Shown here: positions 1 to 15,382 of the stretch, one piece after another
Layout of the letters: every line of letters begins with the position of its first letter
How positions within the stretch are numbered: the first letter of the stretch is position 1
Origin: Nageia nagi
Taxonomy: Eukaryota > Plantae > Pinophyta
Direction: 5' to 3'
DNA: 64,000 nt
Assembly (NCBI GenBank): GCA_050084985.1
Contig: JBITNC010000001.1
Coordinates: 151,218,001-151,282,000 of the forward strand
Made by a program: the position numbers and the translations under genes
Notes under the pieces: model-generated
What the model was told of the DNA's origin: nothing
Seen by the model: only the letters and a program-made list of their open reading frames with translations
Databases searched by the model: none

Positions 1-1000
1 TGTTCAAAGATATCGATACCTTGTCAGGGCCAAAAACACAAAAATCGCACCGCTCGAATATGATTGACAGAGTAGCATTTTTGGGTGGTAGAATATGTAG
101 AGCATATCTGCCCTAAAAATTAAGAAATCCAATCCTTAATCCTTCCCTCGTAGAAATTGATTTATTGAAAACTAAAACCAATATAATGAACTTGAACATA
201 AATCTAGTAGGCCTTTATATGAAGAACTTCCGTTTGCCAAAGACATGAATCGGTGTGCTGGACTATCCTGATAATATGTATTAATAGATGAAAGGATAGA
301 AGACAATATGAAGTTTTTTCATGGCCCAGTAACTGAAACTTTCGTGATTGAGTTTCTGAGTTTAGCCCACAAGAATAGAATGGGTTGTTGAGTGCAGCTT
401 TCAACTGAAACCTTCCGAAGGTCATCTTGACAATAATTTCTGGAGAAATATCACCGTTTAAGGTTGTGCATAAGTTTCAGTGGCTCTCTTGGCTTCCAAA
501 CACCATTTCAACTTTGGTAGCTCTCTTTCAAGGATCAGTTTTCCCTTTTGTTTTACGGAGATGTCAAATGTTTAATGGTTCTATATGTGACTGTGGTCGC
601 TAGCAAATAAGAGAAATTGTTGGCAAGGACTGCATGACGTTCATTTGATATGTTTGATTGCTCTAAATGTTGTTAGAATTTAGTGCTTTTTATGTTTCTG
701 TACCATCTAAGCTTTTAGAAATATCCAAGGATGGAATGCTTAAACAATTGACAGTACCATGAATGCTGAATAGACTTCTTCATACGAACACCATTATTTA
801 TATGTAGATGGTAAGTATGAAAAAACCAACATAGAAGACAAAACCCTTCATTGATAGTTTTATAATTCCCTTATTCTCTTGCACCGTTTTCAAAGATTTT
901 GTAATCTTCTTCAAACAATTAAGTATATATATGTGTGTGTTTACGTATAGACTACTGAATCATCCAAATTCTTAATAAGGTATTTTGAAACAATTTGCAG

Positions 1001-3013
1001 GATCCAAGGACAGGTGTTCTTATCGGGACAACCAAGGTGGATGAATTTCCCAAACATTGCAGACCCTAATGCCGGACAGGTGAGCTTTGTACTGACAACC
1101 TCTTTGGAATTTTTAATTACAGCTTCTGATTATTCTCCTAATAAGTTGTACCTCATTTTCTTCTGGCAGGAAGCAGTGCAAACTAAAGTTCTCATTCCTG
1201 TCCGAAACGGCCTAGTAGAATTCTTTGTTTGCAAACCTGTAAGAGTATATCAGTTTCTGTTAAACTTACACATGCATACGTACTTTATTCCTATTCCTGT
1301 TCCTATACATTCCTTCCGGATTGTTAAAAGCTGATTTCATTGTCTGTGAAGTTAATTCAGTTTTGTACTTGTTTGATTCTGCAGGTAGCAGAAAACCCAG
1401 CTCTTATACAGTTCGTATTGACACAGTCGGAGCCGTGGCTTCCACACATATTTGATTCCAACAATTTCTTCGGGGCCTCGCCAGCTTCTGCAAACCTAAA
1501 CTGCTTTGGATCCGTGAGTGAAACCGCCAGTACGTTGCCGTGGCTGTCTGCAGCCTCAGATTCTCTACCCTGGGATTCAGACAGAACTTTATCAGAGTCT
1601 CAACTCTCCATTCATATGGCCACTCCCCATCTTAACTACCTTGGCCAACAATTACAGCCCCAAAACCAGCCTCACTCTTCCATTCACATCAGTAATAAGC
1701 TCAAACCAGACTTCTTTGAGGGTTCTGCCGATTCCAATCATTCTGATAAGCCCAACAACGATCCAACACAGGATATTCAAGTTCTGGGTCCAACTTCTAC
1801 GATGCCTATGAGGGCCAGTTCTTTATCCAAAGATGCCCATGATAAAGAAGTGAAACATGAGCTTCTGCGAGGAGATTCTTCAGAGTGCAGCGAGCAAATG
1901 GAGGATGATGATGACAACAAAACTGTGGGTCGCTCTGGCCGAAGACATCTCTCCAAAAACCTTGTTGCTGAGCGCAAACGGAGGAAAAAACTCAATGAGA
2001 GACTCTATGCCTTACGTGCCCTTGTCCCAAAGATCACCAAGGTCTACTACATTCTATAAGAGTGTCTCGTTCTTGTTTGTTTTTGGTTTAATTGAGTTTG
2101 CAATAATGTATATTCAACTGCGTTATGTGCAGATGGATAGGGCATCTATACTTGGAGATGCCATTGAGTATATAAAGGAGTTGCAGCAGCAAGTGAAAGA
2201 ACTACAAGAGGAGTTGGATGAAATGGACCTACAAGCTGCCAATCCTGAATCTCCTCCTCCACCTGCTGCCGCCCCTTCTAATTTAGAAAACGGTGCCCAA
2301 CAAACTGTAGAGGAGGATTCCAATGCAAGATGCTCTGCTAAGTCAGAACTAGCCAAACCTGAAGCAACTGAAGATATGGTCCAAACTATGCAGGTATATA
2401 CTTTAAATAAGAACTTTTTTATGAAACCCATAAATCCTAGATGCTTCATCTTGATTAATTGAGATGTTTTATGAAACCCATAAACCCTAATTGAGATGTT
2501 TTATGACCCATAAATCCTAGATGCTTCATGTTGATTAATTGAGATGTTTCTTTCCTCCTTTTGTTCATTGCAGATTGAGGTAAGCCAGGTGGATACACAC
2601 GTTTTCAATCTGAGGATATTCAGCGAGAAGAGGGTTGGTGGTTTTGTTAGGCTGATGCAGGCTATGGATGCCTTAGGCCTTGACATTTTGAACGCCAATA
2701 TCACTTCCTTCAGAGGCCTGGTTCTGAATGTCTTCAATGCAGAGGTATGTGAATTGAGTTTTGTTTAAGTGCTACTAGGCTCAGAAATTTGTTATGAAAA
2801 ATGATTGCCTTGTCGGTTTCAGATCTTCCTTTTTCTCTGACACAAGTTGTTTTCGTTGTTGTGAAGATGAGAGACAAAGAAGTAATTCAAGCAGACCAGT
2901 TGAGGGATTCTCTGCTAGAAATGACGTTGAATCCAGACTTCATGCGATCAGGATCATCAGGTGAGGCTGCAGCTTCAGACCATCAACAGCGTCATATGCA
3001 TCAGACCAACTGA
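1001..3013 (+). CDS. AMS: AMS-like (ABORTED MICROSPORES) bHLH transcription factor, 5'-partial; six coding exons in window
   Basis: GT-AG exons 1001-1079, 1170-1238, 1385-2041, 2133-2393, 2574-2744 and 2867-3013 splice in frame. The N-terminal part (IQGQVFLSGQPRW..EAVQTKVLIPVRNGLVEFFVCKPVAENPALIQFV) resembles the bHLH-MYC_N region of AMS. The bHLH domain reads SKNLVAERKRRKKLNERLYALRALVPKITK|MDRASILGDAIEYIKELQQQVKELQEEL, followed by an ACT-like C-terminus (IEVSQVDTHVFNLRIFSEKRVGGFVRLMQAMDALGLDILNANIT). The first visible exon starts mid-codon and I found no earlier exon, so the 5' exons probably lie left of the window. Confidence 0.85.
2421..2550. repeat. Imperfect intronic tandem repeat (about 50+32+48 bp)
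   Basis: ATGAAACCCATAAATCCTAGATGCTTCAT.TTGATTAATTGAGATGTTT occurs twice, with a shortened copy in between. Confidence 0.85.
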
Positions 3014-3849
3014 AGGTCATCATGCACCACATGCTTCACACCACTCATTACCTGTATTGCTTGAAAATGTTCTGTACTGCTATTATTCTCACCATTTTTG
3101 TCTACTTAAAAAATGCAGTCACGGATATGTCATTCTCCCTTTGATTCTGCTTGTATCCTTTTTCATGTCTATGGCTATAGTTGATCAATGAGAGTATAAA
3201 ATCCCCTTGTAACCGACAGAAGACAATGTTTTGGCTCTCCAATTGAATGTTTGGATCAGAGTTTATAAATCCTATACTAAGGCATTTGCATTATTTATGT
3301 AAATATTGAATACAATTGTCTGCAAGTCTTAGCTTTTGTTAAAATCATATTAAAGTGCAGATCCTTGTTGCTTTCTTCGAATGTTCTAAGCATATTTTTC
3401 TGTAACTTGTGAGATTACATATGAACTATGATGATTTAGCCAGAAATCAATTACTATGGTGATTACAGTCCCATTTCTTCGCTTGAGATCTTGGACAGCC
3501 AGAAGGCTTTTCGCAACAATCACTCACAACACATGCTTACAAACCCAGACGTTGTTTTAGCTGAACCGGAAGACTTTCCTGTAAAGATCTTTGTGCATCG
3601 CATCTTTGTAATATGTCGTCCTTTTTCTCAAAACATTGGGAAAATCAAACTGATTTCGATGGTAGCTTAATATAGACATCAGCTTCAACATCAACTCCAT
3701 AGATTCCACAAGAAAAACCTTTGATAGTTTTTATTGCTTCGTTCATGTCGTAAGTCTTGTGTGACAAGTCTTTTCTAATGATTTTAGCCAGATTTTCTTT
3801 CCTTATATTTCACCCATTGCTATATCTGATATACACGCTTATGATTTAT

Positions 3850-6800
3850 TAAGCAACCATATATAAATAAGGTTGATTTGATTGACTAATGAGTTACTTC
3901 CTTGTTAGTATCCCTTCTTTAAGCTTCTCTATTTTGAAACTTCACAGCCTCCATGTCTTTCCAGTTATTGATGATCTTCTGTTTATTAGTTCAAGCCTTC
4001 TAAGCATAAATTTTTTTAATGCTTATTCTTTTTTCTAATGAATGAGATGAAAAGTCTTTAAACTTATCAAAGTTTATGTTTTTTATCTTTTCATGTTTAT
4101 AGTAAAAAGCTATGATGCTTTTAACATCTATTATCATTGATCATAATACCATTTTTCATATTATTTTGATTTCTTTTGTAAGTTCCTACAAAAATATTTT
4201 CATAGTTCTTTACTTTTCTCTTTCTTATTTATTTTTTATAATATTGGTTCTTATCACATCATCTCTAATGAAGGTGATCAAATTCTATATATAGAGGAGT
4301 TTTATATCTAGAAGATTATTATCTTTGGTGTAAGTTTGGAAATGTTTACAAATTATCTTCTTAGCTTTACCAATTGTTTATTATAACATAAAGTTCTTAC
4401 CTTTGAAGATTGTATAATTTCTACTTAATTAAATATTTCAATTTATTACAATTGATCCTTATCTCCAAATTAGTTGAACAATAGAAGATTTAGAAGGATG
4501 AGTCTTCAAATTATTTACTATGTACCTTTTAATTCCCATCTTGTTAAGGAACTGATTCCAAATTTTTTAACTTTAAGTATCTTTGGAGAATTAAATGGAA
4601 AACTATTTTATCACTATTCTAGTAATTAATATGTTGATGCTCCTTTCCATTCCCTTGTTCTTTTACTATCATATGTTATAATTTTATCTTTCATGACTAG
4701 CTATGAGAAAATGTATATCTTGGGGAGCCCCTCTTCAATCCACTTTTTCAAAGTTAGATAATAGTTTTGTGAATAATACTATTATGGATCAATAGATAAC
4801 CATATTTGACTTTTTCCTTTTTCATCTTTCTTATGATCTATACTTATCTTTCTTCAATCTCCTATAAAAGAATTTTATGAGGCTTTAATATTTCTTTTAG
4901 GCATGGAGATAAAGAACCCCCTTTTATCTACATTTTTCATTGTTATCTTCATCCTTTGAGATAACCCACGTAGTCAACTATCCTTGAACCCTATTCATTG
5001 ATGCACAAATATATAAATTATTCAATTATATTATTCTATGAGAGGATATTTATAACTTGGGTCATGTATCATTAAAAAAAAATTAATCTTCTTATACAAT
5101 TTCATATAGAAGATCCTTTGTAGTCAATTTCAATTACAAAAATAATATCCTTTTGGTTTTCTCCTAGATATTTATAAACTCTTATCCTCATTGAGGTAAA
5201 GTTGTGAAATGTCCACTTCCAATACAAAATTCAATGAAATAATGCTAAAGATATGTGAGTATACTAGGGGTTCAATGCTTATGCTATTGATGGTTCCACA
5301 TCAATGGTTAAACTAGTACACCAAATTATAATATACTAGTTAAACTTATTTTCCCCTTCTTTGTATTTAATATACTATGAATAGATTATTATTTTTTTTT
5401 TGTCTTATAATTTATTGATTCCAAGGCAATACACTACCTTATCCTAGCTTTTCACTTATCATAAACTTTATTCATATTTTTTTAAAAATTTAATATTGAA
5501 AACTTACATCCAAAACTTAAATACATTATGCTCATCTTAGTATGGTTGCCTTGTATATTCATAATAGATATCCAAATTAAAAAATAATTACCATCATGTT
5601 AGTAGCTCCTCTTAAATTCAAAGCCTCTCATTAATCCATTTATTTGATCTTTTATATAAAATCTTTAACCTATTAATTGACTTTTCATAAGATCATGATA
5701 TATTAGGCCAAAATAAAAGAATAACTAGCTCTCAAGGTCTTTATCAATCTAACAATACTTCTCATACTTTATAAACCTACCTACTAAAAATATTATGGAA
5801 CTTTATTACCTTGACTCTCTCCTCAACATTCTATTTCTACTCCTTACCATAAAAATACAACCTTACAACTATAATATCATGATTACATCTATTGGATCCC
5901 ATCCCATAAATAAAATTCCAATAACTATTGCTACTAATTTCATTTATGTACATCTATCAAATCTTTCAAAACCAACAAGATGCCCTTATTCAACAATTCT
6001 ATTTCTTTTAAATATATAACATAAATATTAAAATCAATCAAGTAAAACTCAAACCTAGAAAGGACTCTTAAAAAGTTAAGTGTTCACTCCAACTATATTA
6101 CCTTAATGAGTAACTCTTGATTTCTAAAGATATTACATCATACAAAACCCTTATAAACTTGATTTATGTATATTTCAACTCTATAGAGATAAAGAAGATC
6201 TAACTATCCATATTTTATTTTATTTTTAAATACATTATTTTGTTACAACTAATATACCTTTAATAGTTTCATAATTTCATAATAACTCTAATTTAAATAT
6301 GTATTCTATTATACATATCTTGGTATACCACTTAAAATTCAAAATTACTAAGATAATTAGTATTGATATGAAAACATTATTAAAAATATATTTTGATTTA
6401 TTGAATGAATGGGGATAAACACTTCCACTCAAACTTATAAACTTTTTTTAGTATTTAAAAAATGCATATCTCCTTGTTATCTTCATTGGAAGGGTTTGTA
6501 GAATTCTCTTAAAATCAATATTCTTCATTATCATTGGCAGCCATTTCTTTCAAGTATCCTTCAATTTCATCATTTACCTAGTGAATAACTTATTCAATGT
6601 AGAAGATAAAATAGAAGTCATTATTATCTAATTATTCTTTGTAATAGTCTGCAACAAATGTACATTCTTCAATCTTATATACTATCATGTATTTCTCTTT
6701 TAATATATGAAAATTATCTTCAATGAAAGCACTATGGCACTCATCTAGCTCTATATTTATATATAATAGAATCTTGTGTTCTCTAGAAATATATGCAAGA

Positions 6801-9350
6801 CCAAATTTTTCATCCAAGTTAAAGGAAGTGACCCCTCTCCATAATGGTGGAATATCCACAAATATTTCCATTGTAAACATGTGTAAAGGTATCTTTAACC
6901 AATAGTGCATACTTTTTAGCTATCACCACATTTTTTTATAGCCAAGAACAATGCACAAGTATCTTCTTTGTGGGAAAACTTCAAAAAATACTATAGAAAC
7001 AAGTGAATGAAATGATGGGCATTGAAAAAATGGGAATTCTATAAGCAAGTGTATATTTATAGAGGTCAAAATTATATCCAAATCTCTTTCTCTGTTAACT
7101 CTACAAGATCTTTGCAAGAATAAAACACCATAAGCTTAGTGCAATCAAGGATGATTTTTCCTATAAAAGATCTCTAATATCATGATATATTTTCTAAATA
7201 ATGCACTATATATTCCATTAATATAAATAGTACATATTTATACATAGTGACAATGAAAAACCTTGTGATAAATAAGTAACTATCACAGAAGAATCATAAT
7301 GTAACAATCTTGAAAAATGAGATATGGGTGATCCATGAATGAACCTATACAACAAAGACACTAATGATGTAATAATCCTAACATCAATAACATTGATAAT
7401 ATCCCATTTTTTCTTTATTATACTAGACGATTTATCATCCCTAAAAAGTTAATTTATAATCTTCATTACCATTATTATTCCATCATAAATATAAGTAACA
7501 CCTTATCATATTTATTCAACTTTGTAACCCTCTAATACCATATTTCTTAATGAATAATATATCATCCTCAAATATGATAAAATATTATAATATAGACTAA
7601 ATAACCTTTCAAATTATATTATCTCTAGCTAAAAATTACTTGTAATATCTTTATGATAAACAATAAAAAATCATCTTGCTCTCTCAAATGAATCATTAGA
7701 GGACCTAATCAAGTTCTATACTATATTATTCTATACTCTTTTTTTATTGATTGGTTAAATGTATTAATAATTTTAAAAAATATAGGAGTTGTGAAAGGCC
7801 CTCCAACAACCTTTTACATTAAACTTTAGTTATGTTTCCAACATGAAATAAAAATAGTATTAAGGATATTTTTCTTCAATTGAAAGGATAACAATGTGAA
7901 AATTTTAGATCCTTGAGAAAATACATAACTATAAAACATTGATATTTATCTAGTACTCTATAAAGTGTCTACTGAATAGAATACAAATTTTAAATTATCA
8001 CCCAAAATGGATTTCAAAAATATTTGTGGTCCTTTTAAAATTTGAATATTGAAATTCAACTTGTGTTGCTACCAGATCTGAACTTTAAATTGCCATAATA
8101 TTAGACTCTTCCACTCATAGCTTCGAAAACTGATCTGAATAACTAGCATGTGCATTCTATATTTGCTCTTCATTCTTATAAGATCCTTTTATTGTCTATT
8201 ATGTTATTTAACTACTCTCATTAGATTCCTATATATTTGATACATTATGTGTATTTATTCTATTTGTTTTATTTAATGTACCATTGCTTCTATTCAAAAT
8301 ATTTGATGATTGTTATGTCCAATATTAAGTTCCATTTTTTCTTCCTCATCTTGAGAATCTTTAGTTTGTATGACTTCTACATGAGGTATTCCATTATTTT
8401 TCTCTTTGAATCCATTTAATGGATTTTATATTTTCCTTAACATCAACTTCCCCACCTTAATTCCCACATAGATATATTATGACTTTAGTGATCAATTTTG
8501 TACAATTTTTATCAGATGTCCAATTTGCTAGTAACTATAACATTTTAAAGAGTAGCTCTCATACTCAATACCCTAAATATGGGTTCTCCAACTTAAAGAC
8601 AAGGTGATCAATTTCACCCATGGAGATAAAGTATTTATCCAAACAATAATTCTAGCCTTACCTGAATCATGGTGTGTTTCCACATTCTCCATTGTGTACT
8701 CATATGGGCCTTGAAATACACTAATAGCATTTCCAATTTTGGTAATGGATTTTTTTCTTTAGAAATCAATCGAGAGGGAATACAAGTTAATCTACACATG
8801 GTAACCTATAATTGTTTTAGTGAGAGGTTCAATATTTTTTACCATTATCTTATATAAATCCCTCTTTATCTAAAAAACTAGTTATTTTTATGTTTTAAAA
8901 TCAATGCGTATTAAGATCTTCAAAAATAAACATGAAGAAGTTACATAGGAGTAATACAATTCTTATCTCACCATCATAGTTAAAGAATTCCTTTTAAAAT
9001 CTGAGAAGGTATTCTAAATGTGGATTTTTTCCTTGAATCTTGTAAATAACTACTCTAGATTTAAGTTCTTTTACATTCATAACTAGATGAACATCCTTGA
9101 TTCTAAGTGCTATTTAAGGTTCTTCTATTTCCATCCCAATTATTTCCTTTGTTTACTTACACTTACCTCCCTTATTTTCCACTCTCTTATAATCCTCTTA
9201 TATCATTTCCATAACACTCCTTTCTCTCTCTTCATGTCATTCCTCTTGAATGTTTCATTCATGCTCTCTTTGCCACTCATCTCTAATATCTTATTTTCAC
9301 TCTCCTTGGAAGTCCTTTCTGTAACTTCTCTTTGATTATCTATTCATTAT
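3850..9350 (-). mobile_element. Highly degenerate transposon sequence, probably LINE remnant(s)
   Basis: AT-rich, CG-depleted and stop-riddled. Weak minus-strand RT-like motifs: KGGSLSPCL near 4900-4925 (QGDPLSP-like) and a YDK (AYD-like) near 5460. Boundaries are approximate. Confidence 0.4.
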
Positions 9351-11328
9351 ATTTTTCTAAATAATGAATAGTTATGATAATATTATAGTTACTGATTAAT
9401 ATTTATGTCTCTTTATCAATCCATCAAGTGTAAATATTATTATTAAGATATAAATAATATTTTCATACCTTTTAAGGAGATTAAATATTTAAAATAATAA
9501 TTTATTCAATAAATCATCATTAATGAGCTTAGGATATTTTTTATTCTAAATCCTTAACAGTGGTCACTTTCAAGATGTTTCTTCTTGGATTCATGACTTT
9601 AAATTAAGATTTTACAATACAATAAAATATTTACAAATCATGTGAAGAGAAATTGACTTGTTGAGAATACATCAACAAATATGGTTTTTGAAAAAATAAA
9701 GGTTTTGATAAAAAATATTATCTAAACTTAAATATTATATATTCCATTGACATTAATACCTCTCTCTATGATTTTTTTATTCATTTATGACTTTTATGAT
9801 TTCTAACTAGATAAGTGAATAAGATAGTCAATGTTGCTCTCCCTAGGTTAAATAATCTAGAAAGGATGTGGATATGGAATGGTTTTGACTATTAAAAAAA
9901 AAAACTAAAAGATCAAATTTGATACTAATTTTTATTTTATAATATAAAAATCCCTAACACTTTGATATGAAATTTATATCCTTCTTTAGTAATTCCTTCA
10001 TAGGATTTGATATTTTTACATAATATTTAACAAATTTTAACAAAAAACTAATATGGTTTCAAAGTTTTCTTATTTAGTATATATTATATTTTTTATAAAA
10101 GAAGTTTCCAAGTAGAGAAAACTTAACTCACTTAAGATTTTCTTACTTATGATAGTTGGGGTTAAAGTATGTTGACCAGTTTAGCAATTCTAATGAATTT
10201 TATCAAAATTGAGTTCTTTCCTCCAAGCAATATCAAGATGCTCACAAAATTATAAATTTTGAATTAAATGGGCATAAATATGCAAATAAATTTTTAAATA
10301 AAGGGTGATATTTATTAATAAGAATCTTAGTTATACAATAAGCATTAATCCATTGATTAACTATAAATTCGATTTAATAACTAATGATTGCTTATTCTCT
10401 CCCTATGTATATGCACTCTGACATGTGAATGATGTATTGATGAAGTTATGCTTCCTTAATAACTTCATGAATCACCTTTTATATTTCTTCATGTCTCTTT
10501 GAAAGAGGTATATTGATTTATTATCTTCATGTCAATCCATATCTAATATGTTAGTTTTACTAATAGTTTATTCATAAATAATCAGGTGTGTTTTATTCAT
10601 CATTTATTTATCAAGAGTCTTCCTTTAATAATAACTCACTCTTTTTTTATAAAATTGCTTTGCATTGAAAAAATTATATCAAGTCATTAGGTCTCTTTAG
10701 ATCACTCTTTTATCTTCTAATCAATTAAACTAGAGTAAACTACCCAAAGTTCTTCATATCAATGACTATGTTTCAATTCCTTTCTTTGATTTTGATAAAA
10801 ATTCTCCTTCTAACATCCTCCCCAACATAAATCCAATTCTCATCCTCAATAAGTTTCTTATTTGCTTTTAGGACTAAGAGAGTAAGAGGGTATATAAGCA
10901 TTCTTGCAATCGGTTCTTTGGATAAGTTAGTATCATATCGATAAGGGAATCTTTATGTACTTCAATAAGTTGTAATGATGGAGGACAAATTCTATTTTAT
11001 CTATAGGGTTCAAAGTATTTTCTAAGTATTCTATTAATTACTATCTTCTTATTATATAATTTTATCGATCATGTATCATTCTTCCTAGCTTCATCATATT
11101 TTGCCTCTATTTTTAGCAATGTTAGTCTGTAGATACATAAATTACTATTTATCTATCATGGTGATATTTGTTAATGACAACAAATTAGCACTTAATCATA
11201 AGCATGATCATGTATTATTTTAATGTAATTAAAAGTTAAATACAAAATATCAAATTTAGAATTATCGATATCATTTTATAGCCTAATCAATCTATTGATA
11301 TTGCAATTAGCCAACTGAGCCTACAATC

Positions 11329-11612
11329 AGATTATCGATCCTAAGATAATTTATATCTACTCCATGTTTCTAAGGTTTGAGGTATATTTATATTATGTTA
11401 TATGCTTTATTCTTCTTGTGAATTTCAAGCTTAGGTACACATATTGATCATTCTTGCAAGGATCTTGGATAGATTATCGATCCTAAGATAATTTATATCT
11501 ACTCCATGTTTCCAAGGTTTGAGGTATATTTATATCATGTTATATACCTTAGTCTTCTTATGAATTTCAAGCTTAGGTACACATATTGATCATTCTTGCA
11601 AGGATCTTGGAT
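11329..11612. repeat. Tandem duplication, 2 x 142 bp
   Basis: AGATTATCGATCCTAAGATAA...GCAAGGATCTTGGAT starts at 11329 and again at 11471, with only a few substitutions. Confidence 0.95.
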
Positions 11613-14600
11613 AATTTTAGGATCTTAATCTCCTTTAATTCTATTTAAGTTATCTGGCATCTTATTTGCATTTAGCTTGCACCTTAAGCTAAATTCATGG
11701 TAAACTCATATTATCTTTACATAATCATAAGTTATGAATATATCCTTTAGCATTTAAATGGTCAAAAATCGTAATTAGCTTTGTGGGTAGGATCTAGGTT
11801 TATATCATTTATTGATCTTAGATTTAAATATTATTTCATTTCTTGATATATTTGCAAATATAATTTAGCATAACATAATCTTTATCATATTATTTATCAT
11901 TATTATTAATCTTTATTGCAAAAAGAATCATATAGGACTATAATCATATTATTCACTTAAGCATATGATCATAAAGGATTATAAGTATACATTTGTATTC
12001 TTTTCACCCTTTGATTAAGGTGTGAGGGGCCTACCTATACTCAAGATTAGGGTAAAACCCTTCTTATATTCTTGGGATCTTAAGGAATCAAGGTTGATAT
12101 CTCCCTTATAATTATTAGTTTGCACTAGTATTTGAATACATATGTTGCAAATACAAAAGATAAAAGGACATATCAAGATATTCTAGCATCAAATCTTCAT
12201 CAAAGAAAAGGATAAAATCTATATAGTAATCTCTTTAATCATATCAATAGTCAATTACTTGGCATCCCTGATGTTCTTGAAAATTTTATTCATTTGAGAC
12301 TAATCACTTCATTGTTTCAATAATTTCAAAGGGTATACAAAATGGTGAATCCAATGTGAAATGAATCCAAAGACTTTCTTAGAACTCTATTCCATATTTT
12401 GGAGATATCTATATTAGGTATACTTTCTGATATAATTTTAAATATTCTATGATTGATTATTATTTATTCCTTCATAATATCTTACTGGAGAATATCTAAT
12501 ATAGGTCTAAAATTTTGAGCTTATTAAACATCCCAAATTTGTAATCATTCATTATCAGATTAATCTTGTTTGATAATTGATTACTTGATGATCAATCATA
12601 GTTGTAGTTGATTTCCTAAAGGTTGATTAGTCATAGATTAATTTAGATCATAATTTCAAACTCTCTAATTTGATTAAGCAATTTTCCTTACCTATTTAAT
12701 TGTACAATTATTTTTTATCTCCTTAGGAGACTCATTTCTATGGGCAAACATATGATCTATTTATTAACTATTGATTGGCATACCAACCAAACTGATAATC
12801 AAGATTGTACATACTAATTAAAAATTATATTCTTATCACATAGTTTTTAATTCTTAAAAATCATGATGGTTCAGCTAAAAATTGAGCATTTGGATCAAAT
12901 CTATTACCTTTTTGTATTATCTAGTTTAGATTGCTTGTTGATTTCATTTTAGGCTTTACTTTGCATTATGGTGAATTAGTTAAATTCTATCATACTTGAG
13001 ATGATTGATTGCATATAATTAGGGTAGATATTAATTTTCATTTCTCATATAGAATTTGTATTTCATCTCTACAATTATTATTCACTCAAGAGCTTAAGAA
13101 TACCAGGTCACTTGGACCATTCTCCCCAAGGCCCTTACTCACACTTGGACTTGAACTCCCAATATGAGCATACAAAATGAGCACAAAAAATACATTTTAT
13201 TTTCTTCCCCTATAGATTGATTCTCTTCCCAAATAATGCCTAACTATGTATGAATTTAAGGAAAACTAAAAAAGAGGGAAAAGAATAAAATCTATCTATA
13301 TTAATAAGATAAGATCCCCAATTGAACTTCTAAATATTAAGCAATATAATCATCATTGATGTCTACCACCATTGGGAATATCATATAGGATTGATATCTT
13401 GAGAGAGCATTTTAGGCTTGGTGCTTTAATTTGCATATTCTAAAAATAATACTTAATCAAAACTTTTAGCTCTTTGTTTATTTTCTTAAAATTATTTGGC
13501 ACATTGGGAAATTTCACTTTTCTTTCAAGTAATTTTATTTAGTTCTTCATAAAACCTACACTTTAAAAAATGGATAGAGATCTTTATATAGGAATGGTTG
13601 AAACTAGATCATAATTTGGGAAATGGTATAATAAGAACAAAATCCATATCCCTTATCTAGGACAAATATCCCATAATATACATCTTCACAAGTGCACAAA
13701 TCTACACATTCAACTTCTATACCTCCATCCCAACCTACCTCACCTTCTCATCCTTCCTTCAATCAAGCCGTAAAAATATTTCTAAATTTGGATACTAATT
13801 TTCAAAATGTACCACAAAATGTAATGACAATTAGTCAAGATCAATCTACAAAAATTCAAGATCTAAACACATAATACATGTTTCAAAATATTCCTAAAGA
13901 ATCAAGAGAAGTATCCATGAGTGACCCTATTGTACAACATCAAATGGAATTTCTTTATGCTCAACATCAAGCTCAATAATCTAAAAATCAAAATTGATAA
14001 AACATTTCAACATCACAAGTGCAAAGGGTAATCTACCTTTATGATATAATATGAATCATAAGAATCACCTCAGGATAATCTAACTTGGAAATTCAAGGAA
14101 TCATTCTCAATCAAAACATAACCATCAATACCATCAAATGATTCCACAATTGGGAAGTATAAACTAATTTCATTGATTAAAAATGAAATCTTTACATACA
14201 TATATAGGTTTGAAAAAACTTAAATATAGACTCAACTAAAAATAAACTCAAGTTGGATAAATTCAACTTGTTACAATTAAATCTTGACAAAGAATAAATC
14301 TAGAAGTCCTAAAATTATGCTAACATGCTAAACAACAACTAGGCAAAATAAACACCCAAAATATCAACTCCTAAAACTAAACTAGGAGTAAAAAAACATC
14401 ATCCCAAATATGCTAAAAATAAGTAAACACACTTTGTTTTAAAACACACTACATTTGAGATAAAACAAAATGCATATCAACTGAAATGCATTGCATCTTG
14501 ACTAAAATGTGGTGTTTCTCAACTGAAATGCAGTAGATTGGATAGTTTGTGGTAAAATATCCAAGATGATGATCAAACCTTTAGAAAAGGTAGCCATATG

Positions 14601-15382
14601 TATACTCATTAGAAAGGTATCATCAAACACTATTCAATGCAAAAATAATCATATAAATTAGATGTCTCTATAGAATGTTATGCCTTATCAAATTTTATTG
14701 ATCTTTTTTGTAAGTCTTGTTGATATTCAACTCACATTCTCCCCCTTAATTCTGAAAGGACTCTTATAGTAGTCTAGAAGCATCATAAATTTGGAAGAAA
14801 CTTGATCTTTTTTTGTTTTCTCCAATCTTTCATCAAAAAATTAAAGAACATAAAAAATCCACATTAGTACTCCTTCAACCTTTGGTATAGGATCTCCTCC
14901 ATCTTTGATGTTGCTCCTTCTTGAAGATAACTGAGTGCCTCCTTTTGATGAGCTACTCCCCCTTCATAAAAAAATTCTTGTATTGATATTCCATCAATGC
15001 TAATGGCAATGGTTCTCAACAACCATTATTAGTCATCTTTTCTCACATTTGTACACCTTTCTTCCCAAGTGGTATTTTTACAATAATTAACCATCTCCCA
15101 TAGATGATTAAGCTATACAACTGTCTCACATAACTCCACACATAAGATCAATATAAATATGGCCATAAAATGATCAATTACATATAGAACCTCACATATA
15201 AAATCACTCAAATGTAAAATCATGTAATGACTATTTTTCACACAAATATCAACATATTTCTTCCTTAAATGAATTTTAAACTACTCTTGGTATCCATATT
15301 TTGATTCCAAGTGATCCAAGCTCTCCACCATTATCTTCTCCCAAGGAATACTCTTTAGCAATGGTGTATCCATTATACAATA

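Noticed and set aside
1518-2737. Alternative-frame and antisense ORFs over the bHLH gene (1518-1811, 1777-1995, 2123-2449, 2501-2737)
   Set aside because: They are shadows of the real exons, with no independent start, splice or domain evidence.
8669-8857. GNGFF motif suggesting a plus-strand LINE ORF1 (DUF4283)
   Set aside because: It is a single short motif, opposite to the weak minus-strand LINE signals nearby, and may be chance.
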